Notes: generated by a model not told the origin, from the letters alone. Counted from the stretch's first letter, positions 27,826 to 36,520 are shown. The stretch: DNA of 49,450 nt from a virus (IMGVR_UViG_3300010362_000024:1-49450), one strand, 5' to 3'. Numbers and translations are program-made.

Positions 27826-28125
27826 TCATGCTTCCTTTGCCTTTCTCCTTGTTGCTCGTTCCTTCTTGGTGGTCTGAGCGATGTACTGCTTGCGCCAATC
27901 GGCGCGTGTCATATGCTCAGCCTTGTAGTCAACAGGCCGAACGTAGGCGCGGCTCAACAGCATTCCGTTGAACCGATTCACGATGTCCTGGCGTTCCATA
28001 CTGCAACGCACGCAGCGAGTCCAGATGTACTCGCCAAAGCGCGGCCTCTTGGTGCTAGGGATTTGCTCCCAAGCGTGCCCAAGTGTCCGGCACTCCACGT
28101 ATTCGTACATTCCATTCCTTTCCAT
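27826..28125 (-). CDS. Hypothetical Zn-ribbon protein
   Basis: 'ECRTLGHAW...RCVRCSMER' motif; start may be 28110. Confidence 0.6.
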   Translation of the reverse strand: MERNGMYEYVECRTLGHAWEQIPSTKRPRFGEYIWTRCVRCSMERQDIVNRFNGMLLSRAYVRPVDYKAEHMTRADWRKQYIAQTTKKERATRRKAKEA

Positions 28126-28136
28126 TCATTCCGCAC

Positions 28137-29348
28137 TTACTCTACCGCGGCGGCAGAGAGCGCGGAGGTTTGCGATTCCTCATCATACGTCCAATCACGG
28201 TCATCGTGATCGGCGTATGGGTCCCAATGAACCATGGTGAAGTCTCGGAGTTGCTCCCAGTCACCGCCATTCTCATGCAGTTCACACATGTCCTTGAACT
28301 GACACGCCAAGCAGTGTTGGTCTGGATAGTTCCCAGATGGGTTCTTGTACACAGGCAGTTTGCCGGCACGCACGAGTCCCATCTCATACGCTTCCATCCG
28401 TATCCTCTGCATGAGGTTCTGCCTGTCCACCGTGTCACGGTACACGCGCTGTCGATGAAAGAACGGTGCTGGCTGCTTCTTGGAGACATCACCAAGTAGC
28501 AGAGGATCCACACCTGCATCACTCAGGCAACGCATGAGGTCATCAACACGATTGCTGCTGGCACGCAAGCCGAGTCTGCGTACTTCTCCTGCAAGTACAT
28601 CGCGCTTGGGCTTGTTCAAATATGCACCGTCCGCACTCCGGGGTCGGGTGTCAGGCTTTGCCTTCCGCAAGAAGTTGTACATGATGAAGTCGATGTCTTG
28701 TCCCCTGCGGAGTATCGGCTGGCCGTGCCATTTGTAGCGTGGCAACACGAGTGGAGCCATTGCCCAGTATGACCCGGCCTGCTCATCCAAGCCAAGGTAC
28801 GCAGTGTTGATCGACGCCGCGGTCTTGGTCTCCAGCAAGCCCACCTGTGTGTGCGGTTGACTGTGGTCACGATACAAGGCATCGAACTTGCCCACATACC
28901 GCACTGGGTACAGTTTGCCGTCTTGCCCCAGCACACGCAGCCGTCGTCCACGCTTGTCTGTCATCCAGACTTGGAACGGAAACTCAGGGCAGATGATCTC
29001 CATTGAGTCATCATCTTCCCAGTGCGCGACGTAGTTGTGCATCATCTCCAGGCCCAGTTCCAGCGCATTGACCCAGGCTTCATCTTCATCCAGGCGGATG
29101 CTGAAGTCACGCAGACCATCCTCAATCTGCTGATTGTACACCGCCTCGAATGTCAACCATGGTTTGCGACCGCGCTTCCGCCCAGGGACATACCAAGCGG
29201 CCAGGCTCTGGTGGCTGATGTCACCAAACCTCAGGGCAGGGCGCGTCGCCACAGAATGGAGCCGATCAATGTGGCCCCACCACCACTGCTGTCGACAGGT
29301 CCGCCAACTCTTGCGTTCTGTTGTTCGGATGTAGATCACATCTTCCAT
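28137..29348 (-). CDS. Cas4/RecB-like PD-(D/E)XK exonuclease
   Basis: N-terminal Cys, 'FGDISH', 'GKFDAL...ETKT', C-terminal CxxC-x4-C cluster; adjacent to the Sak4 and SSB genes. Confidence 0.8.
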   Translation of the reverse strand: MEDVIYIRTTERKSWRTCRQQWWWGHIDRLHSVATRPALRFGDISHQSLAAWYVPGRKRGRKPWLTFEAVYNQQIEDGLRDFSIRLDEDEAWVNALELGLEMMHNYVAHWEDDDSMEIICPEFPFQVWMTDKRGRRLRVLGQDGKLYPVRYVGKFDALYRDHSQPHTQVGLLETKTAASINTAYLGLDEQAGSYWAMAPLVLPRYKWHGQPILRRGQDIDFIMYNFLRKAKPDTRPRSADGAYLNKPKRDVLAGEVRRLGLRASSNRVDDLMRCLSDAGVDPLLLGDVSKKQPAPFFHRQRVYRDTVDRQNLMQRIRMEAYEMGLVRAGKLPVYKNPSGNYPDQHCLACQFKDMCELHENGGDWEQLRDFTMVHWDPYADHDDRDWTYDEESQTSALSAAAVE

Positions 29349-29425
29349 TGCACATTCCTCCATTCCTGCCGGAGTCTATCGCGGTGCGTGTGTTGTGGGT
29401 CCCTCCTAGAACCCACGTAGATGTG

Positions 29426-31402
29426 CTAGATGATGCGCACACGGCGTAACTCATCAAGACTGGCGTTGGTCGCAGCCTTGCGGCCGGTCAACTCCATGAT
29501 GTACTCATCGATGGTGCCCAATGTGCGGAAGGTGTACACCGTCACCTGATGGATCCGTGAGACTCGATGGACCCTGTCCTCGGCTTGCACCTGGTCATCA
29601 GGATCCCAAGTCTCATCAAGGATGAAGACGGTGTTGGCGTTGTCGAGGGTGATGCTCACACCACCGGCTGTCGTCGTCATCACCAGCACTCTGGCGCCAT
29701 TGCGGCCTTGAAAGTCAGCCTGTATGGCATCGCGCTGCTTCTGATTGACGGAGCCAGTGATCTTTGCCACCCTCACGCCTTGCTGCTGAAGCCAGTCATG
29801 AACGAGATTCACGACCGTAGCAAACTGGGAGAATATGACAACCTGCTCGTCAGACTCTCCCTCAATGACACCAAGTTCATCGAGTTTGTCCAGCACTGAT
29901 TCAAGCTTGCCGCTGTCCTCAGTGGGCTTCAATTTGCCCCCATCCACGGTATGCACGCCAAACGAGAACTGCTTCAAACGCACAAACTCCGCAAGAACGC
30001 TGGATGCTGTGATGTCGATGCCATCGATGATGGCCGCCGAATCTTCAGCAAACTCCCTGTACACACGCGCCTGCTCTTCTGTCATATCGCACCAAACCTC
30101 AATGTGATCCTTGGGAGGTAGCCAAGGAGCCACTGCGGCTTTGGTGCGACGAATCAAGTAAGGCTGGAGCATGGCATAGAAGTCATCTTCAATCCGCCGG
30201 CAGCCGTCGCAGTCTGGGCGGCCAAGCGCGAAGTCATCGTGACCTTGGTGCGCTTGACAGTGCCGCAGACTGTTGCTGATGTCCCCCATCCGTGACCATT
30301 TGTTCGGTATGCGGTCACACCACAGGTCGGCAAACCGCCACTTGGACGAGAAGACATCAGGGTTCAGCCAGTGCAGAATGCCATAGAGGTTGATGATCTT
30401 GCCTCCCATGGCTGTGCCTGTGAGCGCGAACCTCTTGCCCTTCACAGGCTCAACCTTCAGCCCGCTCATGCCTTGGGCTGTCAGGGAGTCAGGGTGCCTC
30501 AGTGCATTCTTGTGAGCCTCATCAATGATGATGTTGCTCCAAGCAGTCTTGTGCAGGATTGGGAACTCAGATACCAGTTCATACACGCAGTCAGGGCAAG
30601 ACTTGAACTCACGTATGTTTGCCTTTGACTTGCGCATGAAGGCGTGTATGGGGCACTTCTCCAGTATCGTGCGGTACCTGACTTGGTCTGGATTGACGAC
30701 TAGCCACACCGGCAAGCCGGCATTGTGGTACTCCGCAAACTCATCAAACGCTGCGAGTTTCTGGGCCTTGGTGCCCACAGACACCACAACCTTGTGCGGT
30801 TGACAACCCTCCAACTCACGGCGCCACGTCGAGGTCAGTGCAGTCTTTGGCGCCACAACAAGTGTGGGACCAGCATCTGTACCAGCCTCGAAGATGGAGC
30901 CAATGGTCTCCAAGGTCTTGCCGAGGCCTGGCTCATTACCGTTCAACGGGTTGCGCTGAACGACGCCAAACATGACATCCGCGGCTTGGTAACTGGACTC
31001 TTGCCGCAGCGCTTGCTTGACTTGCTGGGCGGACATGAACTTGGCCTTGGGCCCAACGTGGAGTTTGACGTACAATTCCGGCAGAAGGTCAGGCAGCCGT
31101 ACAAGTTCGGCACTGGATGCTGTTGACAACTCCTTGAGTTGTCGCTCCTGCGCCACCAGGCGTTGCCCCCATACCTTCAAGGCATTCCCCAACTTGAGAT
31201 CGGCACCAAACACCTGACGCAACTGCCGTGCTACGTTGATGTCCAAGGGTAGTGACCAGAACGGTGTACCGTTGTGACTCTTGTCTTTCGACACAAATCT
31301 GGCACCGCTGAGTGCCTTCACAGCCGCGACTGCTTGTGGGCTGTACGGGAACCACACCTCAATACGTTTGTGGTTCTCTGACACTTCAGCAAATACTTCC
31401 AT
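29426..31402 (-). CDS. SNF2-family (SF2) helicase with Zn-finger-like insertions
   Basis: 'EPGLGKT', 'IIDEAH', 'LTGT', 'VIFSQF', 'GVSITL', 'QAEDRVHR'; AAGGAG RBS abuts ribozyme HHR1. Confidence 0.9.
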   Translation of the reverse strand: MEVFAEVSENHKRIEVWFPYSPQAVAAVKALSGARFVSKDKSHNGTPFWSLPLDINVARQLRQVFGADLKLGNALKVWGQRLVAQERQLKELSTASSAELVRLPDLLPELYVKLHVGPKAKFMSAQQVKQALRQESSYQAADVMFGVVQRNPLNGNEPGLGKTLETIGSIFEAGTDAGPTLVVAPKTALTSTWRRELEGCQPHKVVVSVGTKAQKLAAFDEFAEYHNAGLPVWLVVNPDQVRYRTILEKCPIHAFMRKSKANIREFKSCPDCVYELVSEFPILHKTAWSNIIIDEAHKNALRHPDSLTAQGMSGLKVEPVKGKRFALTGTAMGGKIINLYGILHWLNPDVFSSKWRFADLWCDRIPNKWSRMGDISNSLRHCQAHQGHDDFALGRPDCDGCRRIEDDFYAMLQPYLIRRTKAAVAPWLPPKDHIEVWCDMTEEQARVYREFAEDSAAIIDGIDITASSVLAEFVRLKQFSFGVHTVDGGKLKPTEDSGKLESVLDKLDELGVIEGESDEQVVIFSQFATVVNLVHDWLQQQGVRVAKITGSVNQKQRDAIQADFQGRNGARVLVMTTTAGGVSITLDNANTVFILDETWDPDDQVQAEDRVHRVSRIHQVTVYTFRTLGTIDEYIMELTGRKAATNASLDELRRVRII

Positions 31403-31410
31403 ATCGCTCC

Positions 31411-31475
31411 TTGACCTATCTCGTCAGTGCTGGGCGGTCAACCCACAGCAGACCCACCTATTGGTGGGTTTCGAC
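31411..31475 (-). ncRNA. Type II hammerhead ribozyme HHR1
   Basis: GUC-GAAA-CCCACC(AAUA)GGUGGG-UC^-UGCUG...CAGCA-CUGACGA-GAU; loop UUGACC pairs with tail GGUCAA; predicted cut 31451|31450. Confidence 0.9.
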
Positions 31476-31654
31476 TACTCAGCCACAACCTCATAGCGCG
31501 TCTTGATGCCCAAAGCCTTAGCCATCTTGTTGGCCTGGTCACAGACGTACTTGGCTTCCACCTTGGACAGTGGTACCGGCGCGATGGTCTTGCCACCACC
31601 GTGACCGGCGGTGTGAAGAGCACCATCAGTGGTGCGCACAACGTACTTCTCCAT
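31475..31654 (-). CDS. Small hypothetical protein (59 aa)
   Basis: MEKYVVRTTDGALHTAGHGGGKTIAPVPLSKVEAKYVCDQANKMAKALGIKTRYEVVAE; AAGGA RBS; its TAG overlaps HHR1. Confidence 0.65.
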   Translation of the reverse strand: MEKYVVRTTDGALHTAGHGGGKTIAPVPLSKVEAKYVCDQANKMAKALGIKTRYEVVAE

Positions 31655-31851
31655 GTTGTCCTTTCTTACCTTGTGTGGGTCTCTCGTGGGCGAAGGTGAC
31701 CCGGTAGCACTCCCCTACCGGGTGCACCGTTCACGCCCAGTGCAACTGTGCTGCAGGTGTGAATCTCGGCCGGCCAAATCGACAGAGATTCCCGCTCGTT
31801 CCCCCAGCATGGTCCACAATTGCATCCAATGAGCCTGCTCACAGGTTCCCA

Positions 31852-31912
31852 TTGCCTGCTCATCAGGTTGGGGCGGCACTCCCAACGACGCACAACTATG
31901 TGCGTTTCGCAG
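31852..31912 (-). ncRNA. Type II hammerhead ribozyme HHR2
   Basis: CUGC-GAAA-CGCACA(UAGU)UGUGCG-UC^-GUUGGG(AGUGCCGC)CCCAAC-CUGAUGA-GCAG; loop UGCC / tail GGCA; cut 31887|31886. Confidence 0.92.
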
Positions 31913-31985
31913 ATGCGGCGTGACCCGCCGGCCACGAATGACCGACGGGCCACAACCGCGTTATCCGCCAAGCAGGAGCGATGGC

Positions 31986-32777
31986 TCAGCGGACGCTTGT
32001 GATGTCCTCGATGGCGACAGTCTTGGCAAGACCGTTGTCATCAGTGAACTTCGCCAGCATCTTGCCCCTGGCGGTCTTGCCGACCTTCAGACCACTGCCA
32101 ATCTTGACCGTGGCCTCTGCGCCGTTGTCCGTGTACTTGATGGTCTTGCCGTCGATGGCATCCTTCACGTCGGCGGCGGACATGCCCTCAAAGGTGATGG
32201 GCGCTGCCTTCTTGGAAGCACGCTTGGACGCGCGCTTCTCAGCCGGAGGCTTGGCAGGACGGTGCTCCTCATACTTGCCATACCGGCCACCCTTGCCCAC
32301 GAACGACATGTGGGGATCGTGGCCAGCCTCCTTGTACAGCGCCTGCACCTGAGCCTTGGTCAGCACCGGGTCAAACGATGCACCGATGCGAGCCCACCCG
32401 ATCTTGTCATCGTCGCGCATCTTGACGATGGTGTCAGGGGTGGGCTTCCTGTTGACCTTGGGCTGCGTGGCACGGATGTACATCACCTGCGCGGTGACCT
32501 GGTTGAGATTCAACTGCTCAGCAATGGCCTTCAGGCTGAGACCTTCCTCATCGCGCAGGCGCACGACTTCGGCCTGATTCTCGTCATACTGCTCCTTGCG
32601 GGCAGTACGCTTGGCCTCGGCCTCAGCCTTCTTGGTGGCCTTCATGGCTGCCTTCTCGGCAGCCTCTTCAGCACCATTGTCCTCAGCCGGAGCAGCCTTC
32701 TTGGTGGCCTTGGCAGCCTTCTTGGCCGGTGCCTTCTTGGGCACCGGGTCGATGACTCCACGCTTCCTCACTGGCAT
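31986..32777 (-). CDS. Lys/Ala-rich DNA-binding protein with two HTH-like repeats
   Basis: Histone-H1-like 'KKAPAKKAAKATKKAA'; HTH-like 'VVRLRDEEGLSLKAIAEQL' and 'IVKMRDDDKIGWARIGASF'. Confidence 0.7.
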   Translation of the reverse strand: MPVRKRGVIDPVPKKAPAKKAAKATKKAAPAEDNGAEEAAEKAAMKATKKAEAEAKRTARKEQYDENQAEVVRLRDEEGLSLKAIAEQLNLNQVTAQVMYIRATQPKVNRKPTPDTIVKMRDDDKIGWARIGASFDPVLTKAQVQALYKEAGHDPHMSFVGKGGRYGKYEEHRPAKPPAEKRASKRASKKAAPITFEGMSAADVKDAIDGKTIKYTDNGAEATVKIGSGLKVGKTARGKMLAKFTDDNGLAKTVAIEDITSVR

Positions 32778-32836
32778 TCCAATCATTCCCTTTCCGTTTG
32801 GGGTTCATTTACGGAATCGTGACCCTACTACACCAT

Positions 32837-32902
32837 GACTATGCTCGTCAGACCGGAGGCAGTCGGGCTCCGGTGACCGCACATTTCTGTGCGGTTTCGC
32901 AT
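32837..32902 (-). ncRNA. Type II hammerhead ribozyme HHR3
   Basis: AUGC-GAAA-CCGCACA(GAAA)UGUGCGG-UC^-ACCGGAG..CUCCGGU-CUGACGA-GCAU; loop GACU / tail AGUC; cut 32875|32874. Confidence 0.92.
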
Positions 32903-32903
32903 T

Positions 32904-33215
32904 CTACTCCATGTACTTAACCAACCTATCGCAGAGGTATGCAATCTCCCCATGGTTGATCTTCAAGTGGGGATATGCCCAATAGAGCGTGAGCGTCATG
33001 AGGGTGACTAGGCTCAATGACCTCTCGTCAAGTTTGCCCTCTTGGTACTCATACTCTGGCTCAGTCACCTCCAGATTGGAGTCCGAGTCCTGCAACGTGT
33101 CAAGTACGTCAGACCATTGCGCGCCGCGCCAGTGGGGGTTTACCCTTGTGAAGTTACGTAGGGCAAGCCTGGACGTACCAGGCATATGTGTCTCGACAAT
33201 GAGAGTGGGGTCCAT
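32904..33215 (-). CDS. Hypothetical protein
   Basis: 103 aa; GGAGG RBS; stop 1 nt before HHR3. Confidence 0.65.
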   Translation of the reverse strand: MDPTLIVETHMPGTSRLALRNFTRVNPHWRGAQWSDVLDTLQDSDSNLEVTEPEYEYQEGKLDERSLSLVTLMTLTLYWAYPHLKINHGEIAYLCDRLVKYME

Positions 33216-33440
33216 TCATATCACCTCCCTCTCAATGAGACGCTTTGCCATCGCGATCGTGATAACACTTGGACCGCGCACTCCACAAATGAAGCCGATC
33301 AACGACCATGCCTCATCTGAGAGTTCATCCATCTTGCAAGCGGCCACCAACTTAGAACGTCCAGTGACATCCCTGTAGCCATACGCAAGGTCGATGGCGC
33401 GGTCCAGACGATTGATCCAGTGTGGGATATCATCTCCCAT
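33216..33440 (-). CDS. Hypothetical protein
   Basis: 74 aa; AAGGAGCGAA RBS downstream of HHR4. Confidence 0.6.
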   Translation of the reverse strand: MGDDIPHWINRLDRAIDLAYGYRDVTGRSKLVAACKMDELSDEAWSLIGFICGVRGPSVITIAMAKRLIEREVI

Positions 33441-33458
33441 TCATTTCGCTCCTTGTCG

Positions 33459-33523
33459 TGGTCTGTCTCATCAGGATGGGTAGACCAGTCCCCATCAACC
33501 GCACATATGCGTGCGGTTTCGAC
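33459..33523 (-). ncRNA. Type II hammerhead ribozyme HHR4 (GUU site)
   Basis: GUC-GAAA-CCGCAC..GUGCGG-UU^-GAUGGG(GACUGGUCUA)CCCAUC-CUGAUGA-GAC; loop UGGUCU / tail AGACCA; cut 33497|33496. Confidence 0.9.
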
Positions 33524-34192
33524 TCAAACTGCATTCCGCCGGCACCAAGGACCAATCCCCAGTTCTCTCGACAATTCATCAGTCAGATGCTTGAAGCACT
33601 TGCGACATCTGCCCAACTCCTTGGCGAACAGGAGACCAGACTTCTCAATACCGTGTTCCTTGATGGCCTCGCAAGCCTGCTGTACTTGTGGCGCTGGTAT
33701 GCGAATGTTGCGGTGACCACCGACCACCCTTGTGAGGAAGGTGCGACCCTTCCACTTGCCGTCATCTGGCGTATTGACCCAGAAGAAGTCCAGGTCATTG
33801 TTGCCTGTGGCACTAGGGACCGCATACCCTCCATCGGGCAGTACAATCTCCACCGCACCCTTGCGGGGCAAGGCTTTCAGCCACTCGATGACCATTGAAG
33901 CCTCGGCTTGCGACACCTCCTTGCCACCCATGACATCCTCCAGCCTTTCAACGAATGGGAAGTCCCACTCTGGGAGGTTTGCCGGCGGAACAACTCTGTT
34001 GCCAGCAAGGTCATTGATGTACTTGGCCTGGGGTTGTGTCATAGGACCCATCCCTGGCTTCCATGTGGTGGTGCGTTTCGGCGCGGGCATGTCAGGCATG
34101 TGTTGCTGGACTGGCCCGGCCGCGGCATAGCATGCCTTGACCTCATCAACGGTACTGTGGCTCGCACCACAGTATCCACATCGTATTGCCAT
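33524..34192 (-). CDS. Hypothetical protein with N-terminal CxxC...H...C and C-terminal DUF6011-like Zn finger
   Basis: True start MAIRCGYCG at 34192 (GGAGCGAAC RBS); C-terminal 'CRKCFKHLTDELSRELGIGPWC'. Confidence 0.7.
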   Translation of the reverse strand: MAIRCGYCGASHSTVDEVKACYAAAGPVQQHMPDMPAPKRTTTWKPGMGPMTQPQAKYINDLAGNRVVPPANLPEWDFPFVERLEDVMGGKEVSQAEASMVIEWLKALPRKGAVEIVLPDGGYAVPSATGNNDLDFFWVNTPDDGKWKGRTFLTRVVGGHRNIRIPAPQVQQACEAIKEHGIEKSGLLFAKELGRCRKCFKHLTDELSRELGIGPWCRRNAV

Positions 34193-34202
34193 GTTCGCTC
34201 CA

Positions 34203-34264
34203 TTGGCAGTCTCGTCAGCCGTGGAATGCCAATCCACGGAACGCACATCACTGTGCGTTTCGAC
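34203..34264 (-). ncRNA. Type II hammerhead ribozyme HHR5 (GUU site)
   Basis: GUC-GAAA-CGCACA(GUGA)UGUGCG-UU^-CCGUGGA..UCCACGG-CUGACGA-GAC; loop UUGGCA / tail UGCCAA; cut 34240|34239. Confidence 0.9.
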
Positions 34265-34475
34265 CTTTGTCACGTCCTAGGTCGATGATCCGCTCGCTGT
34301 CACTGTTCAGGCTCCAGCGTTCACGGATGCGACGGTCGATGTCACCCCAGGTGTCCTTTGTGATCTCATCGGCTGCCATATCGGATGCCACGTCGGCGAT
34401 GCTCGCTGATGTCAGCGGTGCACCGACGTACAGCATCTCAGTGATGGCCTTGTCGATCAGTTCATCGATGTCCAT
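34248..34475 (-). CDS. Hypothetical protein
   Basis: 75 aa; AAGGAGCGAA RBS; stop codon lies in the HHR5 stem III loop. Confidence 0.65.
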   Translation of the reverse strand: MDIDELIDKAITEMLYVGAPLTSASIADVASDMAADEITKDTWGDIDRRIRERWSLNSDSERIIDLGRDKGRNAQ

Positions 34476-34483
34476 TTCGCTCC

Positions 34484-34548
34484 TTGCTTGTCTCGTCAGT
34501 CATGGGGTAGCAAACTCCCATAAGACCCATCCGTAGATGGGTTTCGAC
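34484..34548 (-). ncRNA. Type II hammerhead ribozyme HHR6
   Basis: GUC-GAAA-CCCAUC(UACG)GAUGGG-UC^-UUAUGGG..CCCAUGA-CUGACGA-GAC; loop UUGCU / tail AGCAA; cut 34524|34523. Confidence 0.9.
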
Positions 34549-34854
34549 TCATCCCTCAGTAGGTAGGCAACCTATCGACCTGTAGTAACTCTCCAGGTAC
34601 TTCAGCGCGTCATCACTGCGACGCGCCATGGCGCAGAGCCTGTCCTCAACCTCACTCATCGCAAACACGACACGCATGCGACGGTTGAAGTTGTGGTTGA
34701 TCTTGACAGTGAGCCGGTACTGCTCGCCAAGGTCAGCGTCGGCAGCAATCTGCTGGCGATGAAGGTCGGCGCGCTCACTGGCAAGGTCGCATTCCCTGCT
34801 GAGCAGTCTCTGGTGATTGGCAATGGCCTCGTTGACTTGCGTCTTGAGTGTCAT
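34549..34854 (-). CDS. Hypothetical coiled-coil protein
   Basis: 101 aa; ATGA-coupled upstream; TGA directly abuts HHR6. Confidence 0.6.
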   Translation of the reverse strand: MTLKTQVNEAIANHQRLLSRECDLASERADLHRQQIAADADLGEQYRLTVKINHNFNRRMRVVFAMSEVEDRLCAMARRSDDALKYLESYYRSIGCLPTEG

Positions 34855-35057
34855 CGCTTGGCACCCTTGGGATCGATGTCGAAGGTGGCATCAGTGACTT
34901 CATACTCACTGGTGCCGTCGGCGCCCAGGCCGCTCAAGTTCACATTGCCAACGGCATCTTGGAATGCCGTTTGAATGGCCTCCTCAATCTCGTCACGGCT
35001 TGCGAACTTGCCTTCGACACGCTCCACATCAATGGAGAATGTCCCGCTGAACTGCAT
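34851..35057 (-). CDS. Hypothetical protein (68 aa)
   Basis: True start MQFSGTF at 35057 after the AAGGAGCGAAGG RBS. Confidence 0.65.
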   Translation of the reverse strand: MQFSGTFSIDVERVEGKFASRDEIEEAIQTAFQDAVGNVNLSGLGADGTSEYEVTDATFDIDPKGAKR

Positions 35058-35070
35058 CCTTCGCTCCTTG

Positions 35071-35132
35071 TTGGTAGTCTCGTCAGTCGTGGCATACCAA
35101 GCCACGAGACGCACATTTCTGTGCGTTTCGAC
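35071..35132 (-). ncRNA. Type II hammerhead ribozyme HHR7
   Basis: GUC-GAAA-CGCACA(GAAA)UGUGCG-UC^-UCGUGGC(UUGGUAU)GCCACGA-CUGACGA-GAC; loop UUGGUA / tail UACCAA; cut 35108|35107. Confidence 0.92.
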
Positions 35133-35133
35133 A

Positions 35134-35424
35134 TCATTCCCAGGGCGGCATCTCCTTGGACCAGTCATGCTCATGGTCGTCAGAACGCCCACAGATATCG
35201 CATGTTGCGACACCTTCAATGGGCTCTGCGTTGTCCTCAAGGTACTTGAGGTACTTGCAGCCGTCCTTGTGGTCGAGGGCATGTCCATCCCATACAGCGC
35301 CGCATGCGAGGCATTCGTCGCCGCGGTAGATGGACTCTTGGCACTCAAAGAAACGCTCATACGTGAGGTCTGGCATCTCCTTGGGTGGCATGTCAAACTG
35401 TGCCCGCCACTTCTCCTGTGACAT
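35134..35424 (-). CDS. Hypothetical Zn-binding protein
   Basis: True start MSQEKW at 35424; CxxC...H...C and CxxC...H motifs. Confidence 0.65.
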   Translation of the reverse strand: MSQEKWRAQFDMPPKEMPDLTYERFFECQESIYRGDECLACGAVWDGHALDHKDGCKYLKYLEDNAEPIEGVATCDICGRSDDHEHDWSKEMPPWE

Positions 35425-35438
35425 GTTCGCTCCTTGCT

Positions 35439-35502
35439 TTGGCAGTCTCGTCAGTACCAACATGCCAAGTTGGTAGACCGCACATCTCTATGCGGTTTCG
35501 AC
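35439..35502 (-). ncRNA. Type II hammerhead ribozyme HHR8
   Basis: GUC-GAAA-CCGCA..UGCGG-UC^-UACCAAC(UUGGCAU)GUUGGUA-CUGACGA-GAC; loop UUGGCA / tail UGCCAA; cut 35476|35475. Confidence 0.92.
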
Positions 35503-35706
35503 AAACACTTCCTCATACTTGCCGATCCTAGTCTTGGGCAGATCGCGGAGCCTGAGCGTGACGTAGTCACGTCCAACCTTCACGTCGGTGATCGTTGCTG
35601 TCCGTTTGAACGGCAGTACCATCACCATGCCAGGCTTGAGGTCACTCGCCACAACCAGCCTTGCTGTCTGCGGTGGCTCCTCATTGAGGTAGTCAGGGGT
35701 CATCAT
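35488..35706 (-). CDS. Hypothetical SH3/KOW-like protein
   Basis: 72 aa, 'ASDLKPGMVMV'; the last codons (VETA*) are encoded by HHR8. Confidence 0.65.
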   Translation of the reverse strand: MMTPDYLNEEPPQTARLVVASDLKPGMVMVLPFKRTATITDVKVGRDYVTLRLRDLPKTRIGKYEEVFVETA

Positions 35707-35714
35707 TCGCTCCT

Positions 35715-35775
35715 TGGCGTCTCATCAGCGGTGGATGCCATCCCACCGGACCCCACGAATGAGTGGGGTTTCGAC
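35715..35775 (-). ncRNA. Type II hammerhead ribozyme HHR9
   Basis: GUC-GAAA-CCCCAC..GUGGGG-UC^-CGGUGG(GAUGGCAU)CCACCG-CUGAUGA-GAC; loop UGGC / tail GCCA; cut 35749|35748. Confidence 0.9.
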
Positions 35776-35779
35776 ACAT

Positions 35780-36520
35780 TCACTTGTTCAACTCTCCGCG
35801 GTTGCCGCCGACCCTGGTCTGTCCAAGGTCGGCACGGTTGGCAGCACTCCGCCCAGAGGCAGCAGCCTCCCAGTCGGTCTGGGTCCTACGCTGTCTGGCC
35901 GGCTTGGTGTTCAACGAGTCCATGTACAACTGGACTTGCTTGCCGCGATCGATGATCGCAAGTTCCATGCCATTGCTGCTACCACTGGTCTTGATGGCCT
36001 CCTGTTCGGTGACCCTCTTGACCTCACGCAGACGCTCACCAATGCGGCGAGCGTAAGCGCTGCGGTAGGAACGGCGCCACTTGCCAGCACCCGATGACTT
36101 CTTGATGTCATCCGGCATCTCGCGGTTCTGCTCACGAGCACATTGCAACCACAGGCTCGTGTAGAGCATCTTGACCTTGTCAACATCAGACTTCCATCCG
36201 ATGAAGTCAACGCCAGCGTACGTCTTGAACCGCTCTGGTGAGTAGAGCAGGCAACGAACCCCATTCGCATCAGCAACTTCCACGGCCATCTCAACCATGG
36301 CATTGAACAAGCCGCTGCGCTTCATGGTGAAGTGCTCGGTGACGATCTTGTCGTCCGACTTGCCCTGCACGCTGAGCATCGCCTCATCAATGGCCCATAG
36401 GGTCATCAACTCTTGAGCCTTGGCGAAGAATGTCTCCGATTCGGGCCCACTGGCGGACTCAGCCTTGCGGATGAGTTTCTGGATCTTGTCGATCCATTTC
36501 TCTTGTTCCGTCATTTCCAT
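35780..36520 (-). CDS. DUF2786-domain protein
   Basis: N-terminal 'IDKIQKLIRKAES...E...FFAKAQELMTLWAID'; C-terminal 'GRSAANRADLGQ'. Confidence 0.75.
   Translation of the reverse strand: MEMTEQEKWIDKIQKLIRKAESASGPESETFFAKAQELMTLWAIDEAMLSVQGKSDDKIVTEHFTMKRSGLFNAMVEMAVEVADANGVRCLLYSPERFKTYAGVDFIGWKSDVDKVKMLYTSLWLQCAREQNREMPDDIKKSSGAGKWRRSYRSAYARRIGERLREVKRVTEQEAIKTSGSSNGMELAIIDRGKQVQLYMDSLNTKPARQRRTQTDWEAAASGRSAANRADLGQTRVGGNRGELNK

Noticed and set aside
28137-29348. Cas4-like nuclease as evidence of a CRISPR system
   Set aside because: It stands alone in an exonuclease-Sak4-SSB recombination module; no other cas genes or repeat-spacer array.
22433-29853. Isolated CTGA(C/T)GAG matches inside coding genes (~22433, ~23929, ~29846; also ~1303, ~9423, ~41059)
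   Set aside because: No associated GAAA, stem III or stem I; explained by Pro/Ser-Asp-Glu or Leu-Met codons and stop/start overlaps.
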